Shown here: positions 10,845-19,884 of the stretch, piece after piece
Position numbering within the stretch: the first letter of the stretch is position 1
How the letters are laid out: every line of letters begins with the position of its first letter
From: Candidatus Chisholmbacteria bacterium
Lineage (GTDB): Bacteria; Patescibacteriota; Microgenomatia; UBA1400; Chisholmbacteraceae
Direction of reading: 5' to 3'
Length of the DNA: 64,000 nucleotides
Assembly: GCA_963704905.1 (NCBI GenBank)
Contig: CAVPHZ010000001.1
Coordinates: 323,438 to 387,437 of the forward strand
Position numbers and translations under genes: made by a program
Notes under the pieces: model-generated
Database searches by the model: none
Told to the model about the DNA's origin: nothing
The model's input: the letters and a program-made list of their open reading frames with translations, nothing else

Positions 10845-12545
10845 TTATTTGACTCTATACTGCTCAAGTATTTGATTTACACCTTGAGAGGCTGTTTTAA
10901 GCGCAGACTCTGGATTTCCTCCAGAGTTTACACTGTTGACAGCATCTTCGAAGTATTTAATTATTCTGTCATTGATCCCATTATCGTGTGTGCTTGAACT
11001 CAGATACCAACTTTTTGCCGTTGGTGCCTGTGAGATATACGCCCCGACTAGCGGATCATCTTTGAGCAACTCGCTCATGTCGGTTCGGCTATATGGTTCA
11101 CCGATTGCTCTTTCGTTTGATGCCGCTTGGTACAACTTTTCAAGCGTTTCTTTTGATGAGAGGAATTTTAAAAATTTCCAGGCCTCAGGCTTATATTCAC
11201 TGCTGCTTGAAACACCTTCCACCCAGTACGATGCCCAAGTGACGTTTGAATTTGGAAGAAGTGGAACTGGTAAGACTCCAAATTCAAGCTGAGAGTTGAG
11301 TGCTTGAATTTCGAGAATGCGCCAGGAGGGTGCGAACATCATTGCAAGCTTTCCTGAAGCGAATGCCTGGGTTGAGTTTGGAAAGGTTGCATCCCAAACC
11401 TTGTCTGATCGAAAAAAGAGCGTATAGAACAAGAGCGCGTCAGCAGCCAGTTTATCGGTTGGATCATTTAGGTCAGCTCCATTTTGATACATCATGAGAG
11501 CCAGAATATCTGGCCAATGATCAATGTTGCCGGTGGTTCCAAGAGCAGCTCCTGCAGTTTGTATGCGACCACTTTGATCTCTCACTGTCAAATCGAAAGC
11601 TGTTTTTCTGAGTTCCTCCCAATTGGTTGGAGGAGATTTCCCAGCAGCTTGGAATATTTTCTTATTGTAGAGAAGTGCAAGTCCATCAACCTCCAATGGT
11701 ATGCCGACAAATGTGCCTCCGGAACGTAAATCATTGGCTGCAACTGGGTAGAAGGTGTCTTGAAAATCACCTGCACTGTAGACATCAGCAGGTACTTTAT
11801 CGAGTTCATCGCGAAACATCGGTACCCATGTATTATGAAATCGGAAGATGTCTGGTCCTTCACTACGGGCAATAGCTGATTGAAGTCTTTCTCTATATTC
11901 TTTGTGACTCTGTTGAGCATATTCTATTTTTATACCGGGATTTTGATCATGAAATTCATTAATGATCTCTTGCATTACCGATGACGGTTCCCATAATCCC
12001 CAATAGGTCAGTGTTACTTCTTTTCCTGGGAATCCAGGAAGACGTAATGATTGTAATCTGGGAAGCAATAAATTAAAGACAAGGAAAGCACCAGCAACTA
12101 ATGCAAGAATGAGTGCGATGATAAAGAATATCTTTTTCGTTCCCTTTCCCTTGTCTGGTTCTTTAACTTCTGGGTTTTCGGCCATTGGTGGCGGTGGTGC
12201 TTGAGTGGGTGGTGGAGGTGGGGGTGCTATTGGTTGTTCGAGGGAAAGGGCTTGCGGAGTTGGTGGTGGAGGTGTTGGAGGTGAAGAAGACTCCATTGGC
12301 GTGGATATTACTGGATCTTCGGAAGGCATCGGTGATTCTGTGGTTGATTGAGTTGTTACATTACCCTGAGCATCTTGAGAGGGTGTATTTATATTTTGCG
12401 GCTGCGCTTCTGTGAGTGGAAGAGAAGATTCTTGTTCTTGACTTAAAGAGTCACCCTCTGAAGCAGCAGGAGGCTGACTTAGTGTGGGTTCGGTTAAGCT
12501 TGGTTGGCCAAGTGGTTTTGGTTGCTGATTGTCTCCATCGTCCAT
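10845..12545 (-). CDS. Membrane-anchored extracellular solute-binding protein (sugar ABC family) with Pro-rich N-terminus
   Basis: TLTYWGLWE, GPDIF, GIPLEVDGLALLYNK and FASGKLAM motifs after one TM; probable start ATG 12545. Confidence 0.85.
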   Translation of the reverse strand: MDDGDNQQPKPLGQPSLTEPTLSQPPAASEGDSLSQEQESSLPLTEAQPQNINTPSQDAQGNVTTQSTTESPMPSEDPVISTPMESSSPPTPPPPTPQALSLEQPIAPPPPPPTQAPPPPMAENPEVKEPDKGKGTKKIFFIIALILALVAGAFLVFNLLLPRLQSLRLPGFPGKEVTLTYWGLWEPSSVMQEIINEFHDQNPGIKIEYAQQSHKEYRERLQSAIARSEGPDIFRFHNTWVPMFRDELDKVPADVYSAGDFQDTFYPVAANDLRSGGTFVGIPLEVDGLALLYNKKIFQAAGKSPPTNWEELRKTAFDLTVRDQSGRIQTAGAALGTTGNIDHWPDILALMMYQNGADLNDPTDKLAADALLFYTLFFRSDKVWDATFPNSTQAFASGKLAMMFAPSWRILEIQALNSQLEFGVLPVPLLPNSNVTWASYWVEGVSSSSEYKPEAWKFLKFLSSKETLEKLYQAASNERAIGEPYSRTDMSELLKDDPLVGAYISQAPTAKSWYLSSSTHDNGINDRIIKYFEDAVNSVNSGGNPESALKTASQGVNQILEQYRVK

Positions 12546-12603
12546 AGCTAACACATCATAGCATCGAACTTTGTCCCCTTTCAAGCGTGGTATAGTTAGG
12601 GCT

Positions 12604-14433
12604 ATGCGGTGGCTATCTTCCCTTGTCAAGTCAGTCTCTCAATTCCTACTGCGCATACGAAGATCGAGAAGACTGCGACAATCTTTTTTCATTTTGGGAT
12701 TGGTCGGAGGAGGCATTCTTCTCGTCTTGATTAGTTTTGGAGTATATTATCGAAACCGTGTTTTTCCTGGTATCTCTGTTGGTGGTGTATCAGTTTCATC
12801 TCAACTTATTGAAGATCTCAAACCACTCCTTACTCGTAGTGCCGAAGAGATAATCTCTACCCCTATCACGCTATTTTATGATGGTGAGGAGTGGACAATT
12901 CACCCAAAAGATATTGATCTCGACTATGAGATTCGACTTGCAGAAACACAAGCTTCCACACTAGGGAGAAACAGTATAAGATCTGGAATACCTTTGTTGC
13001 TGAAGTCTTTAACTTCCGGAGTCTCTCTTCCAATGCCATATACTATTAATGTTGACGTGCTTGAGGCCAGCCTATCTGCAATTGCAACTGATTTTGATAT
13101 CCCAACCATTCCACCTTCTTTAGAGATCTTACAAACACCTGATGAAGACAATTCAAGAGTAGCTGTGCATGAAGGCGAGAAGGGACGACGTATTGATCTC
13201 GATTCTGCTAGAAAAATATTACTTCAACAATTTTCGATATTTTCATCCGAACCGATTATTCTCATGCTTGCTGATGAGCCTGATACGTTTAATCACTATG
13301 ACCCTGAGCTGACAAAACTACGTGCGGATCACCTTCTCGATAAGCGGATGGTTCTTTCTTATGATGACAATTCGACGCAGCAGAACTCAGAATGGGAACT
13401 CGCTGGTGAAAACCTGATTGAGTTTCTTGATTTTGATGGCACTTTTAACGAGGAGAAGATCGCGTCATATTCCTCGACACTTGCCCAGAGTATCGATCGT
13501 GATCCTCAAGACGCTACATTTTTATATAAAGACGGACGAGTAACAGAGTTTGCTCCAGCAAAAGATGGATTGAAGCTTGATATTGAGAAAACCACACAAG
13601 AATTGGTGACGGCATTCGCTCAACTTGAACACTCAAGCGAAGAATACTATTCGGTTGCACTACAACCTCAAACTCAACCGCCAGAAATTACTATTGAGGA
13701 TGTCAACTCTCTTGGTATCAAGGAACTCCTTGGCCGTGGTGAGTCGACCTTCCATGGGTCGATCATTAATCGTGAGCATAATATTGCTCTCTCTTCTTCG
13801 CGTATGTCCGGTGTGCTTGTCCCCCCAGAAGAAATCTTTTCGTATAACGCATCGGTTGGTGACATTTCAGGAGCTACCGGTTACCGTCAAAGCTACATAA
13901 TTAAAGATGGACGAACTGTCCTCGATGATGGTGGAGGTGTATGTCAGTCTTCAACAACGCTCTTTCGAGCTGCATTGGATGCTGGACTCCCTATTGTTCA
14001 GCGTCATCCCCATAGTTACCGAGTTACTTATTATGAGCAAAATAGCAAACCTGGATTTGATGCGACTGTGTTTGCACCATCAGTTGACTTGAAGTTTAAA
14101 AATGATACACCAAGACACATTCTTGTTCAAACAGCAGCAGATCTGGTAGCAAATACCCTTGTTGTTGAAATTTACGGCACTAAAGATGGTCGTGAGTCTA
14201 CCATTGCAAATCATCGCATTTGGGATGTAACTCCCCCGCCACCTGATCTCTACGAAGATGACCCGACTCTTTCCTCAGGACAATTCAAGCAAGTTGACTG
14301 GAAAGCATGGGGAGCAAAGGTAAAATTTGATTACTCTGTTACCCGAAATGGTGAGACTCTATTTGAAAAAACGTTTTACAGCAATTATCAACCCTGGCAA
14401 AGTGTGTTTTTGAGGGGAACAGGCCCCATATAG
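12604..14433 (+). CDS. VanW family protein with peptidoglycan-binding repeats
   Basis: N-terminal TM; GGGVCQSSTTLFRAAL and HPHSYRVTYYE...GFDATV...DLKFKNDT motifs; probable start ATG 12604. Confidence 0.9.
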   Translation: MRWLSSLVKSVSQFLLRIRRSRRLRQSFFILGLVGGGILLVLISFGVYYRNRVFPGISVGGVSVSSQLIEDLKPLLTRSAEEIISTPITLFYDGEEWTIHPKDIDLDYEIRLAETQASTLGRNSIRSGIPLLLKSLTSGVSLPMPYTINVDVLEASLSAIATDFDIPTIPPSLEILQTPDEDNSRVAVHEGEKGRRIDLDSARKILLQQFSIFSSEPIILMLADEPDTFNHYDPELTKLRADHLLDKRMVLSYDDNSTQQNSEWELAGENLIEFLDFDGTFNEEKIASYSSTLAQSIDRDPQDATFLYKDGRVTEFAPAKDGLKLDIEKTTQELVTAFAQLEHSSEEYYSVALQPQTQPPEITIEDVNSLGIKELLGRGESTFHGSIINREHNIALSSSRMSGVLVPPEEIFSYNASVGDISGATGYRQSYIIKDGRTVLDDGGGVCQSSTTLFRAALDAGLPIVQRHPHSYRVTYYEQNSKPGFDATVFAPSVDLKFKNDTPRHILVQTAADLVANTLVVEIYGTKDGRESTIANHRIWDVTPPPPDLYEDDPTLSSGQFKQVDWKAWGAKVKFDYSVTRNGETLFEKTFYSNYQPWQSVFLRGTGPI

Positions 14434-14469
14434 ACTTCATGATGTTTTACTGAGTGATACAATCTGGCA

Positions 14470-15480
14470 ATGAAGATACTTGGTATTGAAACTAGCTGCG
14501 ACGAGACAGCGATGGCTGTGGTCGAAGATGGCCAAGTCATTCTATCTAATGTTGTTGCATCTTCATCTGAAATGCATACAAAATATGGTGGTATCGTTCC
14601 GGAAGTTGCAGCGCGTAGGCAAATAGAGGTATTGATACCTGTGCTCGTTGAAGCTCTTCAAAATATTCCATTAAATGAGATTGATGCAATTGCTGTTACC
14701 GTTGGACCTGGTCTGGTTGGGAGTTTACTAGTTGGCATTGAAACAGCAAAGACTCTGGCATTTGCGTGGAATAAACCAATCGTTCCAGTCAATCATCTTA
14801 TTGGTCATTTGCATGCGACATGGTTAAACACCACAACTACACCTGAGTTTCCAATGCTGGGAATGGTTGTTAGTGGAGGACATACAGATTTGGTGTTGAT
14901 GCAAGACCATGGAAAGCTTAAATATCTCGGAAGCACGAGAGACGACGCAGCGGGAGAGGCTTTTGATAAGATTGCGAGGATGCTCGGATTAGGATACCCA
15001 GGAGGACCTGAAATTGCAGCTGAAGCTGCAAACTATTCAATAACCAAATCTAAAATAGCAATTAGATTGCCACGTCCTATGATAAATAGTGGTGATTATG
15101 ACTTTTCATTCAGTGGACTGAAGACGGCAGTTGTTAATGTTCTTCGAGAACATAAACTTACGTCAGCACTACGACAAATTATAGCTTACGAAACACAGGA
15201 AACAATTTGTGAAGTGTTAGTTTCCAAAGTAAGTAAAGCTGCTGAGGAATACAGACCTCATTCTATAGTCGTCGCTGGTGGAGTAGCAGCGAATACTAGA
15301 CTTCGGGAACTTATGACAGCAGATGTCAAGAATCTAGAATTAGGAATACAATTATTTATTCCAGCACCCGATCTCTGCACTGATAATGCAACATACATTG
15401 CTGGAGCTGCTTTTTTTAACTACTCGCCTTTACCCTGGAGCCAGATTCATGTTGATCCCGGACTTGAGATTGTCATGTAG
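14470..15480 (+). CDS. tsaD: tRNA threonylcarbamoyladenosine transferase TsaD
   Basis: ILGIETSCDET, GGIVPEVAAR, HLIGH, VSGGHT, DDAAGEAFDK and FSFSGLKT motifs. Confidence 0.98.
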   Translation: MKILGIETSCDETAMAVVEDGQVILSNVVASSSEMHTKYGGIVPEVAARRQIEVLIPVLVEALQNIPLNEIDAIAVTVGPGLVGSLLVGIETAKTLAFAWNKPIVPVNHLIGHLHATWLNTTTTPEFPMLGMVVSGGHTDLVLMQDHGKLKYLGSTRDDAAGEAFDKIARMLGLGYPGGPEIAAEAANYSITKSKIAIRLPRPMINSGDYDFSFSGLKTAVVNVLREHKLTSALRQIIAYETQETICEVLVSKVSKAAEEYRPHSIVVAGGVAANTRLRELMTADVKNLELGIQLFIPAPDLCTDNATYIAGAAFFNYSPLPWSQIHVDPGLEIVM

Positions 15481-15481
15481 A

Positions 15482-15510
15482 TTGCGAATTCTGATAGGTT
15501 TTTGTACAAT
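15482..15510 (+). promoter_or_regulatory. sigma70 promoter of the valS leader
   Basis: TTGCGA-N17-TACAAT. Confidence 0.6.
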
Positions 15511-15524
15511 ACTTGAGAATTAAT

Positions 15525-15733
15525 AAAATGCGTTTAAGATAGGTTCGTCACCTGTCGATGTCTTAATAGTAGGCGCGCTGGAAAAAGAACGGTCGCATAA
15601 TGATTTCGGCTTAGTAGAATTTCCCGGGGAAGCCCGTGATAGCTGGAAGTAGCTCTCTGGGTAATTACGACAGAGAGAAAGAAAGGTGGTACCGTGGTCT
15701 TCGATCACCCTTGAGAGAAACCTCGGTTTTTTT
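15525..15733 (+). ncRNA. T-box riboswitch (Val) upstream of valS
   Basis: Antiterminator AAGG-TGGTACC-GTGGTC..GATCAC-CCTT (15683-15712); stem III CTCTCTG/CAGAGAG (15653-15677); AGTA and GCCCGT boxes upstream; weak hairpin plus T7 just before the ATG. Confidence 0.8.
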
Positions 15734-18019
15734 ATGGAAAAACAATATAAACATAACGATCATGAAGAACGAGTTTATTCTTTGTGGGAAAAAGGTGGAG
15801 CATTCCAACCAATTTCATCTTTGAAAGCAAAGCCTTTTTGTATCATCATGCCACCTCCTAATGCGAACGACCCCCTTCATGTTGGACACGCTATGTTTGT
15901 TACTCTTGAAGATATACTGATTCGTTATCATAGAATGCTTGGAGATGCCACGCTCTGGTTACCAGGATCCGATCATGCTGGTATTGAGACTCAGTTTGTT
16001 TTTGAAAAAAAACTTAAAAAACAAAGAAAGAGTCGGTTCGACTTTGATCGAGAAACACTTTATAAAAACATTTGGGATTATGTTCAAGACAATTCAGACG
16101 TTGCGGTTACACAACTTAAAAAAATTGGGGCTAGTGCCGACTGGAGTCGATTCAAGTTCATGCTTGATACAGAGATGGTACGCATAGTGATTGAGACATT
16201 TAAGGAACTAGCTGATCAGAACTTAGTTTACCGTGATCTCCGTTTGGTTAATTACTGCACACACTGTGGTACTGCTTTTTCGGAGCTGGAAGTGAAACAC
16301 ATTGAAAAAACTACTCCTCTTTACTACATGAAGTACGGACCGTTTTCGCTGGCGACCGTTCGACCTGAAACAAAATTTGGAGACACGGCTGTGGCAGTCA
16401 ATCCCAATGATAAAAGATATAAAAAGTGGATTGGAAAGGAAATCGAAGTAAAGGGTTTAGTAGGTAATTTTACAATGAAGGTTGTTGCTGATGATTTTGT
16501 TGACCCTACATTTGGGACCGGCGTGGTAAAAGTTACTCCAGCACATGACCCAAATGACTTTGAAATTTGGCAGAGACATAAAGATGAAATATCTGGCCCG
16601 AAACAAGTTGTTGAATTTGATGGAAAGCTTAACGAATTCGCAGGTAAATATGCTGGTCTCTATGTCGCAAAAGCGCGGCAGGTAGTCGCTGAGGACTTAG
16701 AATCAGCCGGACTCATGGAACGAGTTGATACTACCTACATGCATATGATTGGAGTGTGTTATCGCTGCGGAAACGAAATTGAACCGTTACCACTTCCACA
16801 GTTTTTCATCAAAGTAAAATCTCTGGCCAATAAAGCTTTAGAGGTGCTAGAAAATGAAAAAGTTATCGTGCATGGTGCCGGTCATGATAAAGTTTTGAAA
16901 CATTGGTTAGAGAACTTGAAGGACTGGAATATCAGCCGACAGATTATTTGGGGTATTCGAATACCAGTCTGGTATTCTGTAGAAAAGAATCCAGACATCT
17001 CGGTTGTATTCCTCGATAAGGCTGGAAAGAAATACAGCGGTGTTCTGAAAGACTTCATTAAGAAATATTCTCTCAGCGAAATTCGTAAGGGCTTGCAATC
17101 ACTACGAGCTCCATTACATGCTGAGTATGTCATTTCTCCAGGTTCCCCTGGTATGGACTTCATTCAAGAGACTGATACTTTTGATACTTGGTTTTCCTCC
17201 GCTCAGTTTCCCTTTACCAGTCTTATGACAGCAAAGAAAGGTGATTTTAAGCGGTTTTATCCAACCTCGGTTATGGAAACTGGGTACGATATACTCCCCT
17301 TTTGGGTTATGCGTATGCTCATGATAGGACTCTATAAAACGGGAGAAGTGCCGTTTAGAGATGTCTATCTTCATGGATTGATTCGAGATGAAAAAGGTCA
17401 AAAAATGAGTAAAAGTAAAGGAAACGTTATCAACCCACTCGATGTTGTCGAGCACTATGGTGCTGATGCATTGAGAATGGCATTGGTTATCCGATCAACA
17501 CCTGGGCAAGATAAAAATGTTGGTGAGCAAGATTTTCGAGCGATGAGAAATTTTACCAATAAAATCTGGAATGCGGCTCGATTTATTATTCTTAATTTCG
17601 AAAACTCGAAGCAACACCAAGTTTCTTCATCAGGACTTGAAGTTAACGACAGCGTTTTTCAAAAAAAACTCAATTCCATCAGTGAACAGATAACTCGACA
17701 AATATCAGAATTTCGCATCGGATTAGCTGCCGAAACTGTTTATAATGAATTTTGGCATTGGTTTTGTGATGAGTGTATAGAGAAAAACAAACACAAAGAA
17801 ATTAGTGATCCTGCGCTTCTTGATGGATTAGTTGTCTTTTTAAAATTACTCCATCCATTTGTCCCGTTTGTCACTGAAGCTGTATATATGGAGCTCAGAC
17901 AACAGTTCACTGATACTAAACGACCTACAATACTTTCATCAAAACAGCTTATCTCGGCACCTTGGCCTCTTAAAATAAGCTCAGAGAAAATAGATACATC
18001 TACTAGTTCTTTAAGTTAA
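15734..18019 (+). CDS. valS: Valine--tRNA ligase
   Basis: PPPNA..LHVGH, DHAGIETQ, WNISRQIIWG, DTFDTWFSS and KMSKS motifs; true start ATG 15734. Confidence 0.97.
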   Translation: MEKQYKHNDHEERVYSLWEKGGAFQPISSLKAKPFCIIMPPPNANDPLHVGHAMFVTLEDILIRYHRMLGDATLWLPGSDHAGIETQFVFEKKLKKQRKSRFDFDRETLYKNIWDYVQDNSDVAVTQLKKIGASADWSRFKFMLDTEMVRIVIETFKELADQNLVYRDLRLVNYCTHCGTAFSELEVKHIEKTTPLYYMKYGPFSLATVRPETKFGDTAVAVNPNDKRYKKWIGKEIEVKGLVGNFTMKVVADDFVDPTFGTGVVKVTPAHDPNDFEIWQRHKDEISGPKQVVEFDGKLNEFAGKYAGLYVAKARQVVAEDLESAGLMERVDTTYMHMIGVCYRCGNEIEPLPLPQFFIKVKSLANKALEVLENEKVIVHGAGHDKVLKHWLENLKDWNISRQIIWGIRIPVWYSVEKNPDISVVFLDKAGKKYSGVLKDFIKKYSLSEIRKGLQSLRAPLHAEYVISPGSPGMDFIQETDTFDTWFSSAQFPFTSLMTAKKGDFKRFYPTSVMETGYDILPFWVMRMLMIGLYKTGEVPFRDVYLHGLIRDEKGQKMSKSKGNVINPLDVVEHYGADALRMALVIRSTPGQDKNVGEQDFRAMRNFTNKIWNAARFIILNFENSKQHQVSSSGLEVNDSVFQKKLNSISEQITRQISEFRIGLAAETVYNEFWHWFCDECIEKNKHKEISDPALLDGLVVFLKLLHPFVPFVTEAVYMELRQQFTDTKRPTILSSKQLISAPWPLKISSEKIDTSTSSLS

Positions 18020-18055
18020 TGATCTGACTTACACACCTACGATAAATGACGATAT

Positions 18056-18520
18056 TTAAAACTTGGGAGATAAATTGTCGCAGAGACCATCTTGGATAAC
18101 GTACCAGTCAACTTCTAGATTGGCGCAGGCCTTGCAGGTAGTACAGTAAGACTTCCCATCTGATCCACAGATAAATGGTGGATTTGCTAGACACTCTTCT
18201 GTACAAAAATCTGGACGCACAGATGAGCAATATTGCTGGTTATTATTAATCTTATCAGCCGAATTTAGTACCGCGCTTGGTGATGACTGTGTGTTTTGAA
18301 TTTCTTCTAACGATGAATGTGTACTTTCCTGTGAAGATACTAATGGGAATGTTGGTTGCTTCTGATTTTGATTACGTACTTCTGTTTGTTTCTGCAGTCC
18401 TTGTATTTGATCTCCAGTGTCTATTTTATCGCTCCAAAGAGATTTAAATTGAAGAAAGACAAGGATTATCACTGATCCTACAAGGATAAGTAAATCGGAT
18501 TTAGCTAGACCGTTTAACAT
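18056..18520 (-). CDS. Membrane-anchored Kazal-like Cys-rich protein
   Basis: N-terminal TM, Gln/Ser linker, then C..RPDFCTEEC..PFICGSDGKSYCTTCKAC...GLC. Confidence 0.7.
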   Translation of the reverse strand: MLNGLAKSDLLILVGSVIILVFLQFKSLWSDKIDTGDQIQGLQKQTEVRNQNQKQPTFPLVSSQESTHSSLEEIQNTQSSPSAVLNSADKINNNQQYCSSVRPDFCTEECLANPPFICGSDGKSYCTTCKACANLEVDWYVIQDGLCDNLSPKF

Positions 18521-18581
18521 GTTGTTTCTTTAGATCATTTTCTTCTTGATCCTGTTTAACTTAACGGTATCATAGGAGGAT

Positions 18582-19136
18582 ATGAATTTAAAGCTCTTTG
18601 CGAGTAAAAAGATGTCTCGTCGATTCTCTTTTCAGGTTGTTATCGGTATCTTGCTGGTTGGACTCATTATATTTCAAATAAGTTTTTTTTCCGAATCTCC
18701 TTTTGATCATTTAAAATTTACTGCGTTGCAAGACTTCAACAATCCTCAACAGCATCTGAGGCTGGCTCAATATGCTGCTGGTAGAAGTGATTGGAAATTA
18801 GCGCAGCAAATGTTGGAAAAAGCTACTTCCCTACTAATTGCTGATAATCAAAAACGAGTTGCTGGAATTGACTCTGATTTTGAACAAATAACCAGAGAGA
18901 TTTTTCCTGAAAGCGTCATCCAGAGTAAAATTGATTACTGGGAAGAGATTGTTGAACAGTATCCAACTTACCGAGATGGGTATCTTCGACTCGCACTATT
19001 GAATCTGCGGCTCAATAAAAATGAAATTGCACAGCGACACTTTTATTCGGCGTATACTATTGATCCAAATAACGGAGCAGTTGCAGCAGTGGGAAGATTG
19101 TTTCAAGGTCTTACAACTGGTGGTGAGAAGAACTAA
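18582..19136 (+). CDS. TPR-like membrane-anchored protein
   Basis: N-terminal TM; YWEEIVEQYPTYRDGYLRLALL...A.TIDPNN repeat pattern. Confidence 0.75.
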   Translation: MNLKLFASKKMSRRFSFQVVIGILLVGLIIFQISFFSESPFDHLKFTALQDFNNPQQHLRLAQYAAGRSDWKLAQQMLEKATSLLIADNQKRVAGIDSDFEQITREIFPESVIQSKIDYWEEIVEQYPTYRDGYLRLALLNLRLNKNEIAQRHFYSAYTIDPNNGAVAAVGRLFQGLTTGGEKN

Positions 19137-19843
19137 TTTTCTTTATTCTTGTCTTGCTTTTTTGTTTGTTCGTCTTCTTTCTTTTCGTCAGAAGTTTCGA
19201 CTGGCTGTTTTTGATCATCTCCATCCTGTGCATCAGCTTCTTCGGTTTCCTCGGTTGGAGCAAGGGTTTCTTCCTCTTCCTTTTTTGGCTCTTGAACAAC
19301 AACTATAGCCTCATCATCACCTACAAGTATACTCACTTTATTTTTATCTACTTTTAAATCTCCTACAACAACAGAGTCGTTGAAATCATGAAGATTGCTT
19401 ATATCCAATTTAAACTCGTCGGGAAGATCCTTGGGAAGCGCTTCAACCCTTATTTCATCAAGTAGTGTAATTAAGACTCCACCCTTTTCTTTCTCAGCTG
19501 GAGATTCTCCTTCTACGACAACAGGAATAGAAACGGTAACTTTCTGGGTTAAATCCACTTGGTGAAAATCAATATGAAGTGGAGCATCGGTTACAGGATC
19601 TTTCTGAACGTTCGTAATCAAAACTGGTCTAGAAACTTTATCTTTATCTACTTTCAGGTCGATGATGTTTGTCTCTCCTTCGCTGGCAAATACTTTTGCA
19701 AAATCACCTGTGTCTACTTTCACTGAAAGAGATTTGATCTTTTTCCCATAAATGTTTGCAGGCAAATGTCCTTGCTTTCTTAACGCTTTTACTTTTCTTC
19801 CCAAGACTTTCCGTTTTTGTGCTAGTAGAGAAACTGTTGCCAT
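19133..19843 (-). CDS. rplY: 50S ribosomal protein L25/Ctc
   Basis: LRKQGHLPANIYG, HIDFHQV, Ctc domain EALPKDLP and an acidic tail. Confidence 0.95.
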   Translation of the reverse strand: MATVSLLAQKRKVLGRKVKALRKQGHLPANIYGKKIKSLSVKVDTGDFAKVFASEGETNIIDLKVDKDKVSRPVLITNVQKDPVTDAPLHIDFHQVDLTQKVTVSIPVVVEGESPAEKEKGGVLITLLDEIRVEALPKDLPDEFKLDISNLHDFNDSVVVGDLKVDKNKVSILVGDDEAIVVVQEPKKEEEETLAPTEETEEADAQDGDDQKQPVETSDEKKEDEQTKKQDKNKEN

Positions 19844-19884
19844 ATTTCTTTCGTCTTTTATTATTTTCAGAACTTATAAGGCAG

